Of a stretch of DNA of 64,000 nucleotides, positions 27,873-38,648 are shown piece after piece. Made by a program: the position numbers and the translations under genes. The notes beneath the pieces are model-generated. The model searched no databases and was not told where the DNA came from. It saw only the letters and a program-made list of their open reading frames with translations. Each line of letters opens with the position of its first letter. The stretch's first letter is position 1. Source of the DNA: Candidatus Margulisiibacteriota bacterium (lineage in GTDB: Bacteria; Margulisbacteria; Marinamargulisbacteria; JBFWNS01); assembly GCA_050250935.1 (NCBI GenBank), contig JBFWNS010000007.1, forward strand, positions 63,569 to 127,568, in the 5' to 3' direction.

Positions 27873-30341
27873 TTAGGCCTCTACAAGGGTTTTGGCAGAA
27901 GCGGGTTTAACCTTTTTGGGGGCCAGGTGACGCACGGTAAAATGAATCGCACCTTTTTTGATGGTGGCCCGAATGGACAATTGCTCGCGCAGGTTTTCCT
28001 GGAGCATTTTGTCGGCCAAGCCATCTTCGAAAAACTCTTGAATGGCCCGGCGCAAAGGACGAGCCCCTTGTTTTTGATCGAAGCCTTTTTCGGCCAAAAA
28101 GTCTTTGACCGCGTCGTCGGCATGCACCACAATGTTGCGTTCTTTAAGGCGGGTAAAGAGCTCGGCCAGCATGATGTCGACAATGGCGCGGATGTTTTCT
28201 TTGGTGAGCAATTTAAAGACCACAATATCGTCGATCCGGTTCAAAAACTCGGGTTTGAATTCACGGCGGAGTTCGTCGCTGAGTTTGAGTTTGATGGCAT
28301 CATAAGCGGCTTTTTCTTCGTTGCCGGCTTTAATAAAGCCAAAGGTGGTTTCTTTTTCGATGAACTTGCTGCCCACATTCGAAGTCATCACCACAATGGT
28401 GTTTTTGAAGCTGACTTGTCGGCCGGTGGAATCGGTCAAGCGGCCTTCGTCCAAAATTTGAAGCAAGATGTTAATGACATCGGGGGAAGCCTTTTCGAGT
28501 TCGTCAAAGAGCACCACGGAATAGGGTTTTCGGCGAATGGGTTCGGTCAGCTGGCCGCCTTCGTTAAAGCCAACATAGCCTGGAGGCGAACCGATCAAGC
28601 GAGAAACGGTGTGTTTTTCCATGTATTCGCTCATGTCGATTTTGATCATGGCGTCTTTGCTGCCAAACAGGTACTCGGCCAAGGTTTTGGCCAGCTCGGA
28701 TTTACCGACACCTGTGGGGCCTAAAAAGAGGAAGGAACCGGCGGGACGGCGGGGATCTTTAAGCCCCACTTTCGAGCGTTTAACGGCCCGAACCAAGGCT
28801 TTGATGGCCTCGTCTTGGCCCACAATGTTTTTGTGAAGCTCTTCTTCCATTTTGAGGAGGCGTTTGGATTCTTCCACACTGATTTTGGTTAAAGGAATGC
28901 CGGTCCAAGCTGATACCACATCGGCAATGGTGATTTCGGTGACCACTTTTTTGAGGCTGTCGACCTGGTCTTCGGGGAAGGTGGCCAGTTTGTCGTTTAT
29001 TTTGGCTTCTTGGGTTTCCAAATCCACCACAGCTTGGGTGTCGCCATTGGTGATGGCCGTTAGTTTTTGGTCCAATAGAGACTCTTTTTCTTTGACCAGC
29101 TCTTTAAGTTCCGCTGGCGCAGACGAGGCTTTGAGCATAATTTTAGAGGCGGCCTCATCAATCAAATCCACGGCTTTGTCGGGTAAAAAGCGTTCGGTGA
29201 TGTAGCGGCTGGACAACTCTACGGCTTCTTTAAGGGCCGCTTCGGTGATTTGAACATTGTGAAATTCTTCGTAGCGGGCTTTGATGCCTTTGAGAATCAG
29301 AAACGCTTCTTCGGCGCTGGGTTCTTCAACCAACACCGACTGAAAACGGCGTTCCAAGGCCCCGTCGCCTTCGATGTGTTTGCGGTATTCGTCCAAGGTG
29401 GTGGCGCCAATGCATTGGAGTTCGCCACGGGCCAGAGCCGGTTTGAACAGGTTGGCGGCATCCAAGCTGCCTTCTGAACCGCCGGTGCCAATGATGGTGT
29501 GCAATTCGTCGATAAACAAAATGACGTTACGGGCTTTGCGGACTTCTTCCATGACCTTTTTGACGCGGTCTTCAAACTCGCCCCGGTATTTGGTTCCGGC
29601 CACCAACAGACCCAAATCGAGGGTGATGATGCGTTTGTCTTTGAGTTTGTCGGGAATATCTTCTTTTTGAATTTTTTGGGCCAGGCCTTCCACAATGGCA
29701 GTTTTCCCCACACCGGGTTCGCCGGTTAAAACGGGGTTGTTTTTGGTTCTGCGGCTTAGAATTTGAATGATGCGTTCGATTTCTTTGCTTCGGCCCACCA
29801 CGGGGTCGAGTTTGCCTTCGGAGGCCAACCAGGTTAAATCGCGACCAAATAAATCGAGGGTGGGGGTTGGAATGGCGTTTTGGGCTTTGGCTGGTGCATT
29901 GACCTTGTTGCCCAGTTGTTTGAATAGAACATCTTTAAAGTTGGAGAGTTGAATGCCCATTTCGCTTAGCACACGGGCTGCGATGTTGGTGGGATCCCGG
30001 AAAATGGACAAGAACAAATGCTCTACATTCACATAGTTGTGGCCCAGTTTACGGGCTTCATCCCAAGCAAAAGTCAGGACTTGTTTGGCTTGTTGGGTAA
30101 AGGGAATATTGCCATATTCGGCCGATAGACCGCCATATTCCAAACGTTCTTCGATGGCGTGTTTGACTTGGTCAGGGGCAAAGCCCATGTCTTGAAGGCT
30201 TTTAATAACAACATTGTCGCCTTCGCCCATGATGCCCAATAAAATGTGTTCGGTACCCACATAACTGTGGTGGAATTTTTTAGCCTCTTCTTGGGCCAAC
30301 ATGATGGCCTGAATGGCCTTTTCGGTGAATCTGGAAAACAT
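27873..30341 (-). CDS. clpC: ATP-dependent Clp protease ATPase ClpC
   Basis: MFSRFTEKA, Clp-N repeats, two AAA+ domains ([16 protein letters not shown]), short middle domain, FGF ClpP-docking loop. Confidence 0.95.
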   Translation of the reverse strand: MFSRFTEKAIQAIMLAQEEAKKFHHSYVGTEHILLGIMGEGDNVVIKSLQDMGFAPDQVKHAIEERLEYGGLSAEYGNIPFTQQAKQVLTFAWDEARKLGHNYVNVEHLFLSIFRDPTNIAARVLSEMGIQLSNFKDVLFKQLGNKVNAPAKAQNAIPTPTLDLFGRDLTWLASEGKLDPVVGRSKEIERIIQILSRRTKNNPVLTGEPGVGKTAIVEGLAQKIQKEDIPDKLKDKRIITLDLGLLVAGTKYRGEFEDRVKKVMEEVRKARNVILFIDELHTIIGTGGSEGSLDAANLFKPALARGELQCIGATTLDEYRKHIEGDGALERRFQSVLVEEPSAEEAFLILKGIKARYEEFHNVQITEAALKEAVELSSRYITERFLPDKAVDLIDEAASKIMLKASSAPAELKELVKEKESLLDQKLTAITNGDTQAVVDLETQEAKINDKLATFPEDQVDSLKKVVTEITIADVVSAWTGIPLTKISVEESKRLLKMEEELHKNIVGQDEAIKALVRAVKRSKVGLKDPRRPAGSFLFLGPTGVGKSELAKTLAEYLFGSKDAMIKIDMSEYMEKHTVSRLIGSPPGYVGFNEGGQLTEPIRRKPYSVVLFDELEKASPDVINILLQILDEGRLTDSTGRQVSFKNTIVVMTSNVGSKFIEKETTFGFIKAGNEEKAAYDAIKLKLSDELRREFKPEFLNRIDDIVVFKLLTKENIRAIVDIMLAELFTRLKERNIVVHADDAVKDFLAEKGFDQKQGARPLRRAIQEFFEDGLADKMLQENLREQLSIRATIKKGAIHFTVRHLAPKKVKPASAKTLVEA

Positions 30342-30392
30342 GGCCACAGGATAGCCGATTTGGGGGTATTTGAAAAGGCAGTAGGGTGTCTT

Positions 30393-33300
30393 TTATTGGC
30401 TTTGAGAGCCTGATTCGGTCTTAGCAACATTGGGTAAGTCGGGGGTGAATTCTGGTGCTAAGGCTGGAGGTGTATCGCTACTCTCAGATGTAAGTGGCGG
30501 TAAAATCCGAAGTGGCCCACGACCCAAGCGAGTAGCAAGAAGTTGTGCGGTGCCTAGTTTAAAAGCTTGTTGTTGATTCAGTGTAGTATCCGTGGGAATG
30601 GGTATGATAGTGGGCATAGGCACATGTGTTGGAATCGCCTTTCTGGATCTTCTTATTGCCTCAAAAGCAGCATGGAGGGGGGAAAGCGGGTCTGTTTGGG
30701 TCTCTTGATCGTGTAGAGGCAAAGAGCGGAACATGGTAAGGGGCTCATGAGAGTCGGCGGTGGAGGGGGTAGAGGCACCTGGGGGCTTTGCACTGCCAAG
30801 AGAGTCTAAGGAACTACCCACGGAAGGCACGGTGCTGGAGGTGTCGGAGCTTCTGCGCGAGGTCTCGGGACTGGGGGGATCGGAGAGTTGACCCAGCTTT
30901 GCTACAGATTTTTTGGTGAGGAGGTGAGCCGCACTTTTTCCGTGATTGCAGACAGATTCCAATTGGGTAAGGATTTTTTGGAGATGGGCTAGTTGGGTCG
31001 AAAACCCTTCAGTGAGGGCGGTTTGTGGATTGGGGGCTGCAAGTTTTTGGCTCGTAAATAAGCCGAGGGCCTCTAGGTGGTTTTGAAATTGGGTTAGAAG
31101 GTGTTCGAGCCTTCTGGCAATTTCCTGTGTTGGGTTTTTATCAAGGAGTTTAATAATGGGAGAGAGTGTTTGGTTTACCGTGTCTTCGATTTGTTTGAGG
31201 TCCCTTGCAAATTGGGTTTGCAGGGTTATCAGGGTGATGCTGCCTGGGGCCTCTGTTTCTAAATCGGGGTTTTTGAGGATGGTTTTACAGGCCTTGTCGA
31301 TCTTGAGCAGGGCTGTTGACAGCTCTGTGTTTGCTTTTTGAAACAAGCCTCGTTCTTTGATTCTTCGACAAATGGCCCCAATCATACGGTCTCGGAGTTT
31401 TTTGATGGTGTCTGGGAAAACGCATTGTAAAAACATCAGGGCCACGCCCAGGGCTGCGGCGGCGGTTCCTCCTGCAATGGACGAGCTGGCATCGGTGATG
31501 GAGTCCAGAATGGCGGCGGTTTCTTCGTCGAGGTCGGGGAAGGTGATGGTAGCGGCGTGAAAAATTTCCCCGCAATAATCCCCTCGAATTCGAAAGGTAT
31601 ATTCCCCTGAAGGAGAGAGGGTGCCGGGATTCATGGTGAGTTCGTTGGTGTCGGCATTGTAACTGAAATCGGAAACGGGGCGTCCGTCTTTGAAGACTTC
31701 TACGGTAAGGGTTCCTTGTAAGCCACGGATGCGGCTGCCCAGAAAGAGGGTAAATTCGTCTCGGTTCGTCCGGGTTTGGTTGAATGGAACAGTCACTTGG
31801 GGAAAATAAGGCGAAATGGGGATGGACACCGTTTTGGGCGGTTGGTTGGTGCTGCCAACCGTGATGTTTAAGCTGGATGCGGTGGTTGCCAGGGTGGTTG
31901 GCGACCAGCGGGAGCCTGCCCAAAACGTGTTGAGGGCTTGGGCCAAGCCGCTGAAGGTGTACTGATGGGTGCTGTGGCCGACCACAACCCCAGAACTATT
32001 TTCGGAAGGCGTAACTGAAAAACGGCTGGCATCAAAATCAAGCAGCAATTGTGCAGGAAAAGGTCCCGAAAGGGTGACATTGGGCAAAGGAAGCAGACAA
32101 GGTTGGCCAGATGAAAACCGCTGGGTACTGCGGTCGATGTCTGCGGTGGTGCTGGGTTGGACAGTCCAGGTGGTTAAAAACCGAGCGGTTCGAATCTCTC
32201 CGGGTGTGGGGGCGGCGTTGTCGGTATCCACAACGATTTGAATGATACTGGGTTGGTCTGGTCGGCCGGCTTGAACCGTGCCAGAAAGGATTCCGTTTGA
32301 AAAAGAAAGACCAGAATCCAAGGGCAGAATTTGAACAGTGGTGAACCGAACGGGGCCGTCATCGCAGGTAATGTAGTCGGTTAAGTTAATTGAAACCGTG
32401 TCGCCGGATTTAAGATTAAGCACTGGTAGACTCGCACTTAAACGAGGTGCAGACGGCAGCGCCGTGCCTTGTACGGGCAGGGTGCGTTGAAGGCTCATTT
32501 GGGAATTGGAGGCTTGAATCTTAATCTGACCGGGACCATTGATCCCTAGGTTTGGTTCAAAATAAACGTTATCCGCAACATACATCAAATTGGCGATGTC
32601 GGCTTCCGATGCGGTTAAGGTGAGTTGCCCGGCTGCTTGGTCTTGGGTAATGGTAACCCCAGGGGCAACCGCGAGGCAGGCCAATGTGGCCGTGTTGTTA
32701 TAGCCTTCCAGGGTATAGACCAACCGGACGGTTCCCGAGCCTTGACTGGTTAGGGGGACTGAAGGCAGTTTTTGCGGGTTTCCTTCGACATAATTTAGGG
32801 GTGTTGGGGTTTCGGATAATGTGGTTGAAAGTGGGGCTTTAATGCTCCAAACAAAGGTGATGTCTGCTGGGGTTTCTAGGGTTGGGTTGTTTTTGAGTGT
32901 CCCGGTTACTTTGATGGTTAAAGGGGCTGTCCCGATGGCGCCCAGTGTGGTGACTGGGGTAAAGGTTCGGGTGTCGGGATCAAATTGAATTAAATGGGCG
33001 GGTAGGGGACTGCCATCGATTAGGGTTGCACTGTAAACAATTGCGTCGCCGCGTTGATCGGTAAAGGTGGTGCTGGGAAGCTGAAACCCGACATTAAGCC
33101 CAGCATAGGTGCTTTGAGACGGGGGTGTGGTGGTTTGAATGGGTTTGCTGGTTTGTTGGACCGTAGTGGGAACGCGGGTGACTTCGACTGGATTCAAGTT
33201 ATTATCGCTGATGGTGAAAACAACCTCTCCTGTTCCAAACCAGTTTAAATCTGGCACGAACCGAATGCTTTGGCTGAGCTGGGAGGGTGTTCCGGTGAGG

Positions 33301-36300
33301 GGGAAGGTAATGGGTGTTCCGTCCAATTGGGTAAAAATACCCGGAATGGTTGAGGTTGCACTTAAGCTGGCCGAGGTACTTGGAGATTGAATAATGGGTG
33401 TGAGAATAATGGGTTGGTCTTCTGGTGTACTCAGGGCAGTGGGAAGGGTGTAGGTATTGCTTTTGACCACGGTGACTTCTTGGAATGCATCTGTTTGTGC
33501 GCCCAAAACGTCGGTGGCCGTGATGTGAATACGGTGGAGACCCAAGGCGGTTTGGCTCGGCGTCCATGGAAAAGTGATGGGCAGGCCTGTGGTTTCGTCA
33601 AAATAGCTAAAACTGAGGGGGTCTCCGTCGGTGTCGGTTAAGTGGGTGTCGGGGGCCAAATCGGCTTCGGTGATGCTGTTGCTGATGGCCAAGGTTCGGG
33701 GTAGGTAGGGGGTGGTGAGGACGGGAGCCCGATTGGCGGGAATGGTCCAGGTGAAAGGAATTTCTTTGGCAGCTTCGTAGTTGTGGGCATCGTTGGCTAT
33801 CAGTTTAAGCGACACGGTGGTGCCACGTTGAAAGGTTTGGGTGGTGGCGGTTAGGGTGCGAACCCCGTCAAAGACAAGCCAGCTGGGTAAAGGCGAGCCG
33901 TCGGCTTGAACCACGGTGTAGGTAATGGTGGTATTGCGAGGATCCACAACCGTGTCAGCATCCCAGGTGAGGGTGGAAGAGAGTCCGGCATAGGTGGTTT
34001 GAGGCGCAACGGGTTTTTGCTGTTGCAAGGGGCGGGTTTGTTGTTGAACGGTGACGGGAATCAAAATTTCTTGTTCGGGGTTGATGCCGTCATTAATTCT
34101 AAGTCGGATTGTGCTGGTGCCAAAGGCGTTGTCGTAGGGTTTAAACTCTAAGGTGTTGAGGGCTAGGGGCGCATCCGTAAAGCTGGTGGCAGCGGCTTGG
34201 CCGGGTCTGGCCAAGGTTCCCAAAGGACTGTCGACCACCGTGACGGTTACTTGGGTTGCGGGTGTAGCAAATAACACGGACAGGGTTTGATCTTGGTTTT
34301 CGTTGGTGGTGACGGAAGGTGGGGTGGTGCAAGATAAGCTGGAGCCGACGGTTAAATCCCATTGACGCCAAGTTGTAGCGCCAGAAGGATCGGACACGGT
34401 TACATTGAGTGCATTTGAGCCAACCGTAAAATTACCCAGCGAGGGTGTGGTTGGAAAAGGTCTGGGAGCCCCAGACGGAATGGCCGTGATGGTGGTGGTT
34501 AGCGGATCTCCGTCCGCATCGGAGGGGCTTATGGTAGGGCCAGGGTGTTGGATGCCCAATTGGCCCGTTCCGGCTGTTATGGGTGGTAATACGGGGGTTT
34601 GGTTGGGCACGATAACGGTAAAGGTAGAAGTGGCTGTGTAGCCATCGCCATCCAACCCTGTAATGGTGACGGTATACGTTCCTTGGCCGCGCAGCGGGGG
34701 CGTAATCGTGACCACCTTGGTGTTGGAATTGTAGCTGACAAAGGAGGGGCCGCTTACACTTTGAATGGTGACAGGACTGTTAAATTCTTGGAACAAAGAA
34801 TCGGGGTCCAGGGTGATGTTTAAAGTGGTTCCGATAAACACAGACTGAGTGGGGACTGGGGTTTTGGGCGCAATTTTTAAAGATAGCGTGGCTGCGACAA
34901 TGTCTGGGGTGCCGTCTTTGTCGGTTTGATAGGCCACAACCACTTTTTCGTTGCTGATTTGGCCTAAGGCTGGGCTGGCGTGGGTGCCGGTTCGTGTGAC
35001 GTTGGCAATGGCGGTTTGTCGGCTGGCCCATGCGGTTGGGTTATTGCTGAAAAACCGGACATCGATTTCGTCGGCACTGCCGCTGTTGCCGTACCAGGAC
35101 ACCACAAATCGACCGGTCAAATCGACGCGGATGACAGGGTTGGTGCTGTCAACGCCAGCTTGGCTGGCCAAGATGGGGCCGTATTTTAGGGTTCCGGTTG
35201 CGCTGTAAACAGTGACGTACACTTCAGAAGGGTTGGTGCCGGTTTTGTGTTCGCAGGCCACGGCCAAATCGCCGTTGCTGAGCTGGGCGACAACAGGGTT
35301 GCGTTGTTGGGTGCCGCTGATGCTGGGTAATTGAACTGAAAACGAGGCTGAAGGGGTTTGTTTGGTCAGACGAACCACGGTGGTTTGCGGATCGGCGGTG
35401 GTGTCGACCGAGGCCAAGGCCCAGCCTTTTCCGTCTCTAAACCCGGTGGCAGACAGACCTCCAGTGATGTCCACATCGGTGGATAGTAGCGAAGTGATGC
35501 TGCCCGTTGGGGTGTTTTGAAACGAGACCGCTTGGGTTTGAACCTCGCCAGAGGTGGTGATCCAAAACACGTTAAACTGGTTGTTTTGTGCCGCAACGGC
35601 AGGGGATGTTGCACTGGCCACATCCACATTAATGAGGGTGCTTTGCCCAAAGAGTGCTTGGTTTTGATTCACCACAAAAAAGGAAATACCTCGGTTTGCT
35701 GGGGTGGCGCTGGTAACAGGCCAGGCAATCAGAGCATCTTGGGTGGTGGGGGCAATGGCTAGGGCTGGGGGTTTATCGTCGGCCAATCCATCGATGGCGA
35801 CCCGTTTTTGAAGACCTAGCTTAATGCGGTCTGGGGACAACACTTGGAAAAACACCCCTTGGCCAGAACCCAAAGGTCCTTGCCAAGTCACCAACTGAGA
35901 TCCGTCGGCATACACGGCAATGGCCGGTGTTTTTTGGGTTCCAGTAGGATCGCTATGAACCGTTAATTCGGCTGGAACGCTGGCCACTGAACTGACTTGA
36001 ATGGACAAAGGAATATAAACGGCTTGATCTTGGGTCGTGGCTTGGAATCGGGGGGTTACGGTGCCAATATCGGCTGTTCCAGGAGTGCCAGACAAAGTGA
36101 CGCTTTTGGCCAGGATCACCAAGCCATCCGTATTGCTGCCCACCAAAACGCCGCCTCGGTTTTCAAGTTGCTGAATCCCCCCATTGACGGTTCCACTTTC
36201 CAGCAAGGTGGCACCGGTGGGTGAAATGGCATAGATGGCATAGCCGGTGGTGGTGCCCACATACAAGCGACCGTCAAACAGTTCCAAACACAGGCAATTT

Positions 36301-38585
36301 CCTGCTACTGGAACCCGGAATAATACGGGTACAGGAATGCCGGTTTGAATGCCGGTTAAATCATAGGCGATGACCCCGCCGTTTCGGTCGGAAACCCAGC
36401 CGATGCCGGTGGTGTTGTCTATTGCAATGGCATTGTGGTTGTTGGGGGTGGTGTTGGTACACACGGCTGACAGAGAACCCAATGGGTTGCTTCGATCTCG
36501 GACTTCCAACCCTTTGGTGCCCACGGCTGCAATCAGCCAATTCCCATAAACCCCCACTTGTGCCACCGTTCCACCCAATGTGGTGGTGGCTTGTACGGTC
36601 GGTGGGCTTGCTATTGTATCTACCACATGCACTTTGTTGCCGCTGGTAAAATAGCCGTATTGGGTATAGGCGGCTCTGTCGTCTTGAAGGCCGGTGCCAA
36701 AAGGAGTGCTGCCCACCAAAGTTGTGCCCAAAGTGGGCGCTTCAAAGTTGCGGTCCAGGGGGTACACATACAGCGATGTATCATCCCCAATCAGCAACTT
36801 ATGGCCGATGATGCAAACGCTGGGGGTTCCTGAAAATCCGGTCAAAGTTCCCAATTCAATGGGCGCTTTAAGGTTTTTTAAATCCACAATGACCACCCGA
36901 TCGGGCTGGGCCAAAAAGCCGATGTCGCTATAGAGCACAAATTTGCTGCTGGGTTGGCCGTTGTTAAAGCTACCGATTTGGCCGTAGGGGTTTTGGGTAA
37001 CACTCATCCAGGCGGGGGTGTTGGTGACTGAAAGGGTTATTTGGTGAAGGGGGTCGTAAAAGCAATCTCCGGTTAGGGTCTGGCTAAAAGGGGTGCCCGT
37101 TGGGGCTGCAACGGGGGGTAGGGGTTGGGTTGGCACCAGGGGTAGCTGGACCCGATTGGTGCTGGATCCTTGGTTAATTCCTCCCAACTCGGTTGTGCTA
37201 AAAGCCAACTCGCAGACCCCCGCGTTGCAGTCGATGCTGGGCGATTGGGCATAGCCTGTAGGGGAAGACAGATGGACTTGAGGCCCAGTGGGTTTAAGCC
37301 GAGGGTCTAGGAATTGAAGATCGACTCCTTCTGCATTGTTGGCTATAACGCTTTGTGTGATCCCAAACTCTGGGCTGCTCCAGGCGATAACGGGACGGTC
37401 TTTTGCTTGCCCAATAACCGGAAAATATTGATTTCCTTTTCCATATCGGTTGATTCTAAAGCCGCCATGAACATCGGGGGTTCCGGTTGAGTTATGCGGA
37501 AGCAAATGAACCGAGCTGCCATCGTCCACTCCGCTGGCTTGAAAGACCGAGAGCACCCGATTGGCAGCATCCACAACCGAGGTGGGGTAGGCCAAAGCTA
37601 GGCTGGGGCTATCGGTGGCCAAAACCACTTCTGGGCCGGAGAAGGTTCCGGATAAGTCAAACTTTCTAAACAGGGTTCTGGAGGGGCTTGTCGAGGTATC
37701 CAGAAAAATAACCCCAAAGGTGTCGGTGCCCAACTCGACAATCTCAAAAATAGCTTGGTTATTGGTGGTGGTTAAATTAACCGATTGGGGACTGCCCAGT
37801 ATTTGTCCCGTGGTTGTGTCGAGTTCTTGGGCAAGCATGCCATAACCAGAGCCATCGGTTAAGTAGGCTTGCCAAAACACAATTAAATTTCCATTGCTAA
37901 GAAGGGCGGCTTTGGGAAACCCTTTGCTTGGGAAGTTGGTGTCGGTGTCAACAGGGTAGGTTTGAACCGTGTTGTCGGTTAAAATGTGCGCCGCATAGAT
38001 GTTGGCGTTTACGGAAGTTGTGCCGTTCATGTAGACAACCCACTGACTGCCATCGGGATGAACAATGAGTTTATGGGGGGTCTGGACTGAGTTGCTGGTT
38101 GAAAACCCGGATGAGGATGCTGTAAAGGTTAACGGTGTGCTTGGGGTTCCATCTGGTGAGACCAGAATGCGGTTTAACTGACCAGTGGCTAAATCGACAT
38201 ACACCACATCTGTGCGTGTTGAGTTGGTATGAACCACGGCACCAGATCGGTTAAACACACTGGGGGTTGGTCCCAAAGGTTGTCCCCCGAACGGTAGGGA
38301 GGTGGGTTGGGTGGCTTGTAACGCCCGTCCCGCTCGATGCTGAATCGAAGTTGTGTCTTGGGAAAAATTGGGTTTAGGGGATTCTGTTGGGTGAGAAGTG
38401 GGTGTGGATTGCAACTGCCCATATCCCACCAACTGCGGAAAAAGTCGTACTAAAAACAAGACAAAGATCAGGCTTAAAAAAACACGGCCTACTGATGCCG
38501 CCTGTTGTCTTACGGCTCTGGGTTGAGTTGTAGGAGGGTTTTGTGGAGGGGTGCTAGAAATTGGCAGAATCGAAGCAGGGGCCAC
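30393..38585 (-). CDS. Giant (2730 aa) surface/membrane protein with propeller-like, LVIVD-like and cadherin/He_PIG Ig-like repeats
   Basis: Uninterrupted 8.2-kb ORF with AAGGAG RBS before GTG. Motifs DGSPLPSWLVFD, DGSPLPAHLIQFDPDTRTF, NxxPV..DADGDPL, FxP..N.FGT. Hydrophobic segments near aa 35-55 and aa 2370-2390. Confidence 0.85.
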   Translation of the reverse strand: MAPASILPISSTPPQNPPTTQPRAVRQQAASVGRVFLSLIFVLFLVRLFPQLVGYGQLQSTPTSHPTESPKPNFSQDTTSIQHRAGRALQATQPTSLPFGGQPLGPTPSVFNRSGAVVHTNSTRTDVVYVDLATGQLNRILVSPDGTPSTPLTFTASSSGFSTSNSVQTPHKLIVHPDGSQWVVYMNGTTSVNANIYAAHILTDNTVQTYPVDTDTNFPSKGFPKAALLSNGNLIVFWQAYLTDGSGYGMLAQELDTTTGQILGSPQSVNLTTTNNQAIFEIVELGTDTFGVIFLDTSTSPSRTLFRKFDLSGTFSGPEVVLATDSPSLALAYPTSVVDAANRVLSVFQASGVDDGSSVHLLPHNSTGTPDVHGGFRINRYGKGNQYFPVIGQAKDRPVIAWSSPEFGITQSVIANNAEGVDLQFLDPRLKPTGPQVHLSSPTGYAQSPSIDCNAGVCELAFSTTELGGINQGSSTNRVQLPLVPTQPLPPVAAPTGTPFSQTLTGDCFYDPLHQITLSVTNTPAWMSVTQNPYGQIGSFNNGQPSSKFVLYSDIGFLAQPDRVVIVDLKNLKAPIELGTLTGFSGTPSVCIIGHKLLIGDDTSLYVYPLDRNFEAPTLGTTLVGSTPFGTGLQDDRAAYTQYGYFTSGNKVHVVDTIASPPTVQATTTLGGTVAQVGVYGNWLIAAVGTKGLEVRDRSNPLGSLSAVCTNTTPNNHNAIAIDNTTGIGWVSDRNGGVIAYDLTGIQTGIPVPVLFRVPVAGNCLCLELFDGRLYVGTTTGYAIYAISPTGATLLESGTVNGGIQQLENRGGVLVGSNTDGLVILAKSVTLSGTPGTADIGTVTPRFQATTQDQAVYIPLSIQVSSVASVPAELTVHSDPTGTQKTPAIAVYADGSQLVTWQGPLGSGQGVFFQVLSPDRIKLGLQKRVAIDGLADDKPPALAIAPTTQDALIAWPVTSATPANRGISFFVVNQNQALFGQSTLINVDVASATSPAVAAQNNQFNVFWITTSGEVQTQAVSFQNTPTGSITSLLSTDVDITGGLSATGFRDGKGWALASVDTTADPQTTVVRLTKQTPSASFSVQLPSISGTQQRNPVVAQLSNGDLAVACEHKTGTNPSEVYVTVYSATGTLKYGPILASQAGVDSTNPVIRVDLTGRFVVSWYGNSGSADEIDVRFFSNNPTAWASRQTAIANVTRTGTHASPALGQISNEKVVVAYQTDKDGTPDIVAATLSLKIAPKTPVPTQSVFIGTTLNITLDPDSLFQEFNSPVTIQSVSGPSFVSYNSNTKVVTITPPLRGQGTYTVTITGLDGDGYTATSTFTVIVPNQTPVLPPITAGTGQLGIQHPGPTISPSDADGDPLTTTITAIPSGAPRPFPTTPSLGNFTVGSNALNVTVSDPSGATTWRQWDLTVGSSLSCTTPPSVTTNENQDQTLSVLFATPATQVTVTVVDSPLGTLARPGQAAATSFTDAPLALNTLEFKPYDNAFGTSTIRLRINDGINPEQEILIPVTVQQQTRPLQQQKPVAPQTTYAGLSSTLTWDADTVVDPRNTTITYTVVQADGSPLPSWLVFDGVRTLTATTQTFQRGTTVSLKLIANDAHNYEAAKEIPFTWTIPANRAPVLTTPYLPRTLAISNSITEADLAPDTHLTDTDGDPLSFSYFDETTGLPITFPWTPSQTALGLHRIHITATDVLGAQTDAFQEVTVVKSNTYTLPTALSTPEDQPIILTPIIQSPSTSASLSATSTIPGIFTQLDGTPITFPLTGTPSQLSQSIRFVPDLNWFGTGEVVFTISDNNLNPVEVTRVPTTVQQTSKPIQTTTPPSQSTYAGLNVGFQLPSTTFTDQRGDAIVYSATLIDGSPLPAHLIQFDPDTRTFTPVTTLGAIGTAPLTIKVTGTLKNNPTLETPADITFVWSIKAPLSTTLSETPTPLNYVEGNPQKLPSVPLTSQGSGTVRLVYTLEGYNNTATLACLAVAPGVTITQDQAAGQLTLTASEADIANLMYVADNVYFEPNLGINGPGQIKIQASNSQMSLQRTLPVQGTALPSAPRLSASLPVLNLKSGDTVSINLTDYITCDDGPVRFTTVQILPLDSGLSFSNGILSGTVQAGRPDQPSIIQIVVDTDNAAPTPGEIRTARFLTTWTVQPSTTADIDRSTQRFSSGQPCLLPLPNVTLSGPFPAQLLLDFDASRFSVTPSENSSGVVVGHSTHQYTFSGLAQALNTFWAGSRWSPTTLATTASSLNITVGSTNQPPKTVSIPISPYFPQVTVPFNQTRTNRDEFTLFLGSRIRGLQGTLTVEVFKDGRPVSDFSYNADTNELTMNPGTLSPSGEYTFRIRGDYCGEIFHAATITFPDLDEETAAILDSITDASSSIAGGTAAAALGVALMFLQCVFPDTIKKLRDRMIGAICRRIKERGLFQKANTELSTALLKIDKACKTILKNPDLETEAPGSITLITLQTQFARDLKQIEDTVNQTLSPIIKLLDKNPTQEIARRLEHLLTQFQNHLEALGLFTSQKLAAPNPQTALTEGFSTQLAHLQKILTQLESVCNHGKSAAHLLTKKSVAKLGQLSDPPSPETSRRSSDTSSTVPSVGSSLDSLGSAKPPGASTPSTADSHEPLTMFRSLPLHDQETQTDPLSPLHAAFEAIRRSRKAIPTHVPMPTIIPIPTDTTLNQQQAFKLGTAQLLATRLGRGPLRILPPLTSESSDTPPALAPEFTPDLPNVAKTESGSQSQ

Positions 38586-38648
38586 AGGGTCTCCTTAAAG
38601 AGGGTGTTAAAAATTTTAAATTGGGAATGGGATTCTTTCATTCTAAAC

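Noticed and set aside
27477..28724. 415-aa ORF on the plus strand
   Set aside because: Antisense shadow of clpC and radA, common opposite conserved genes.
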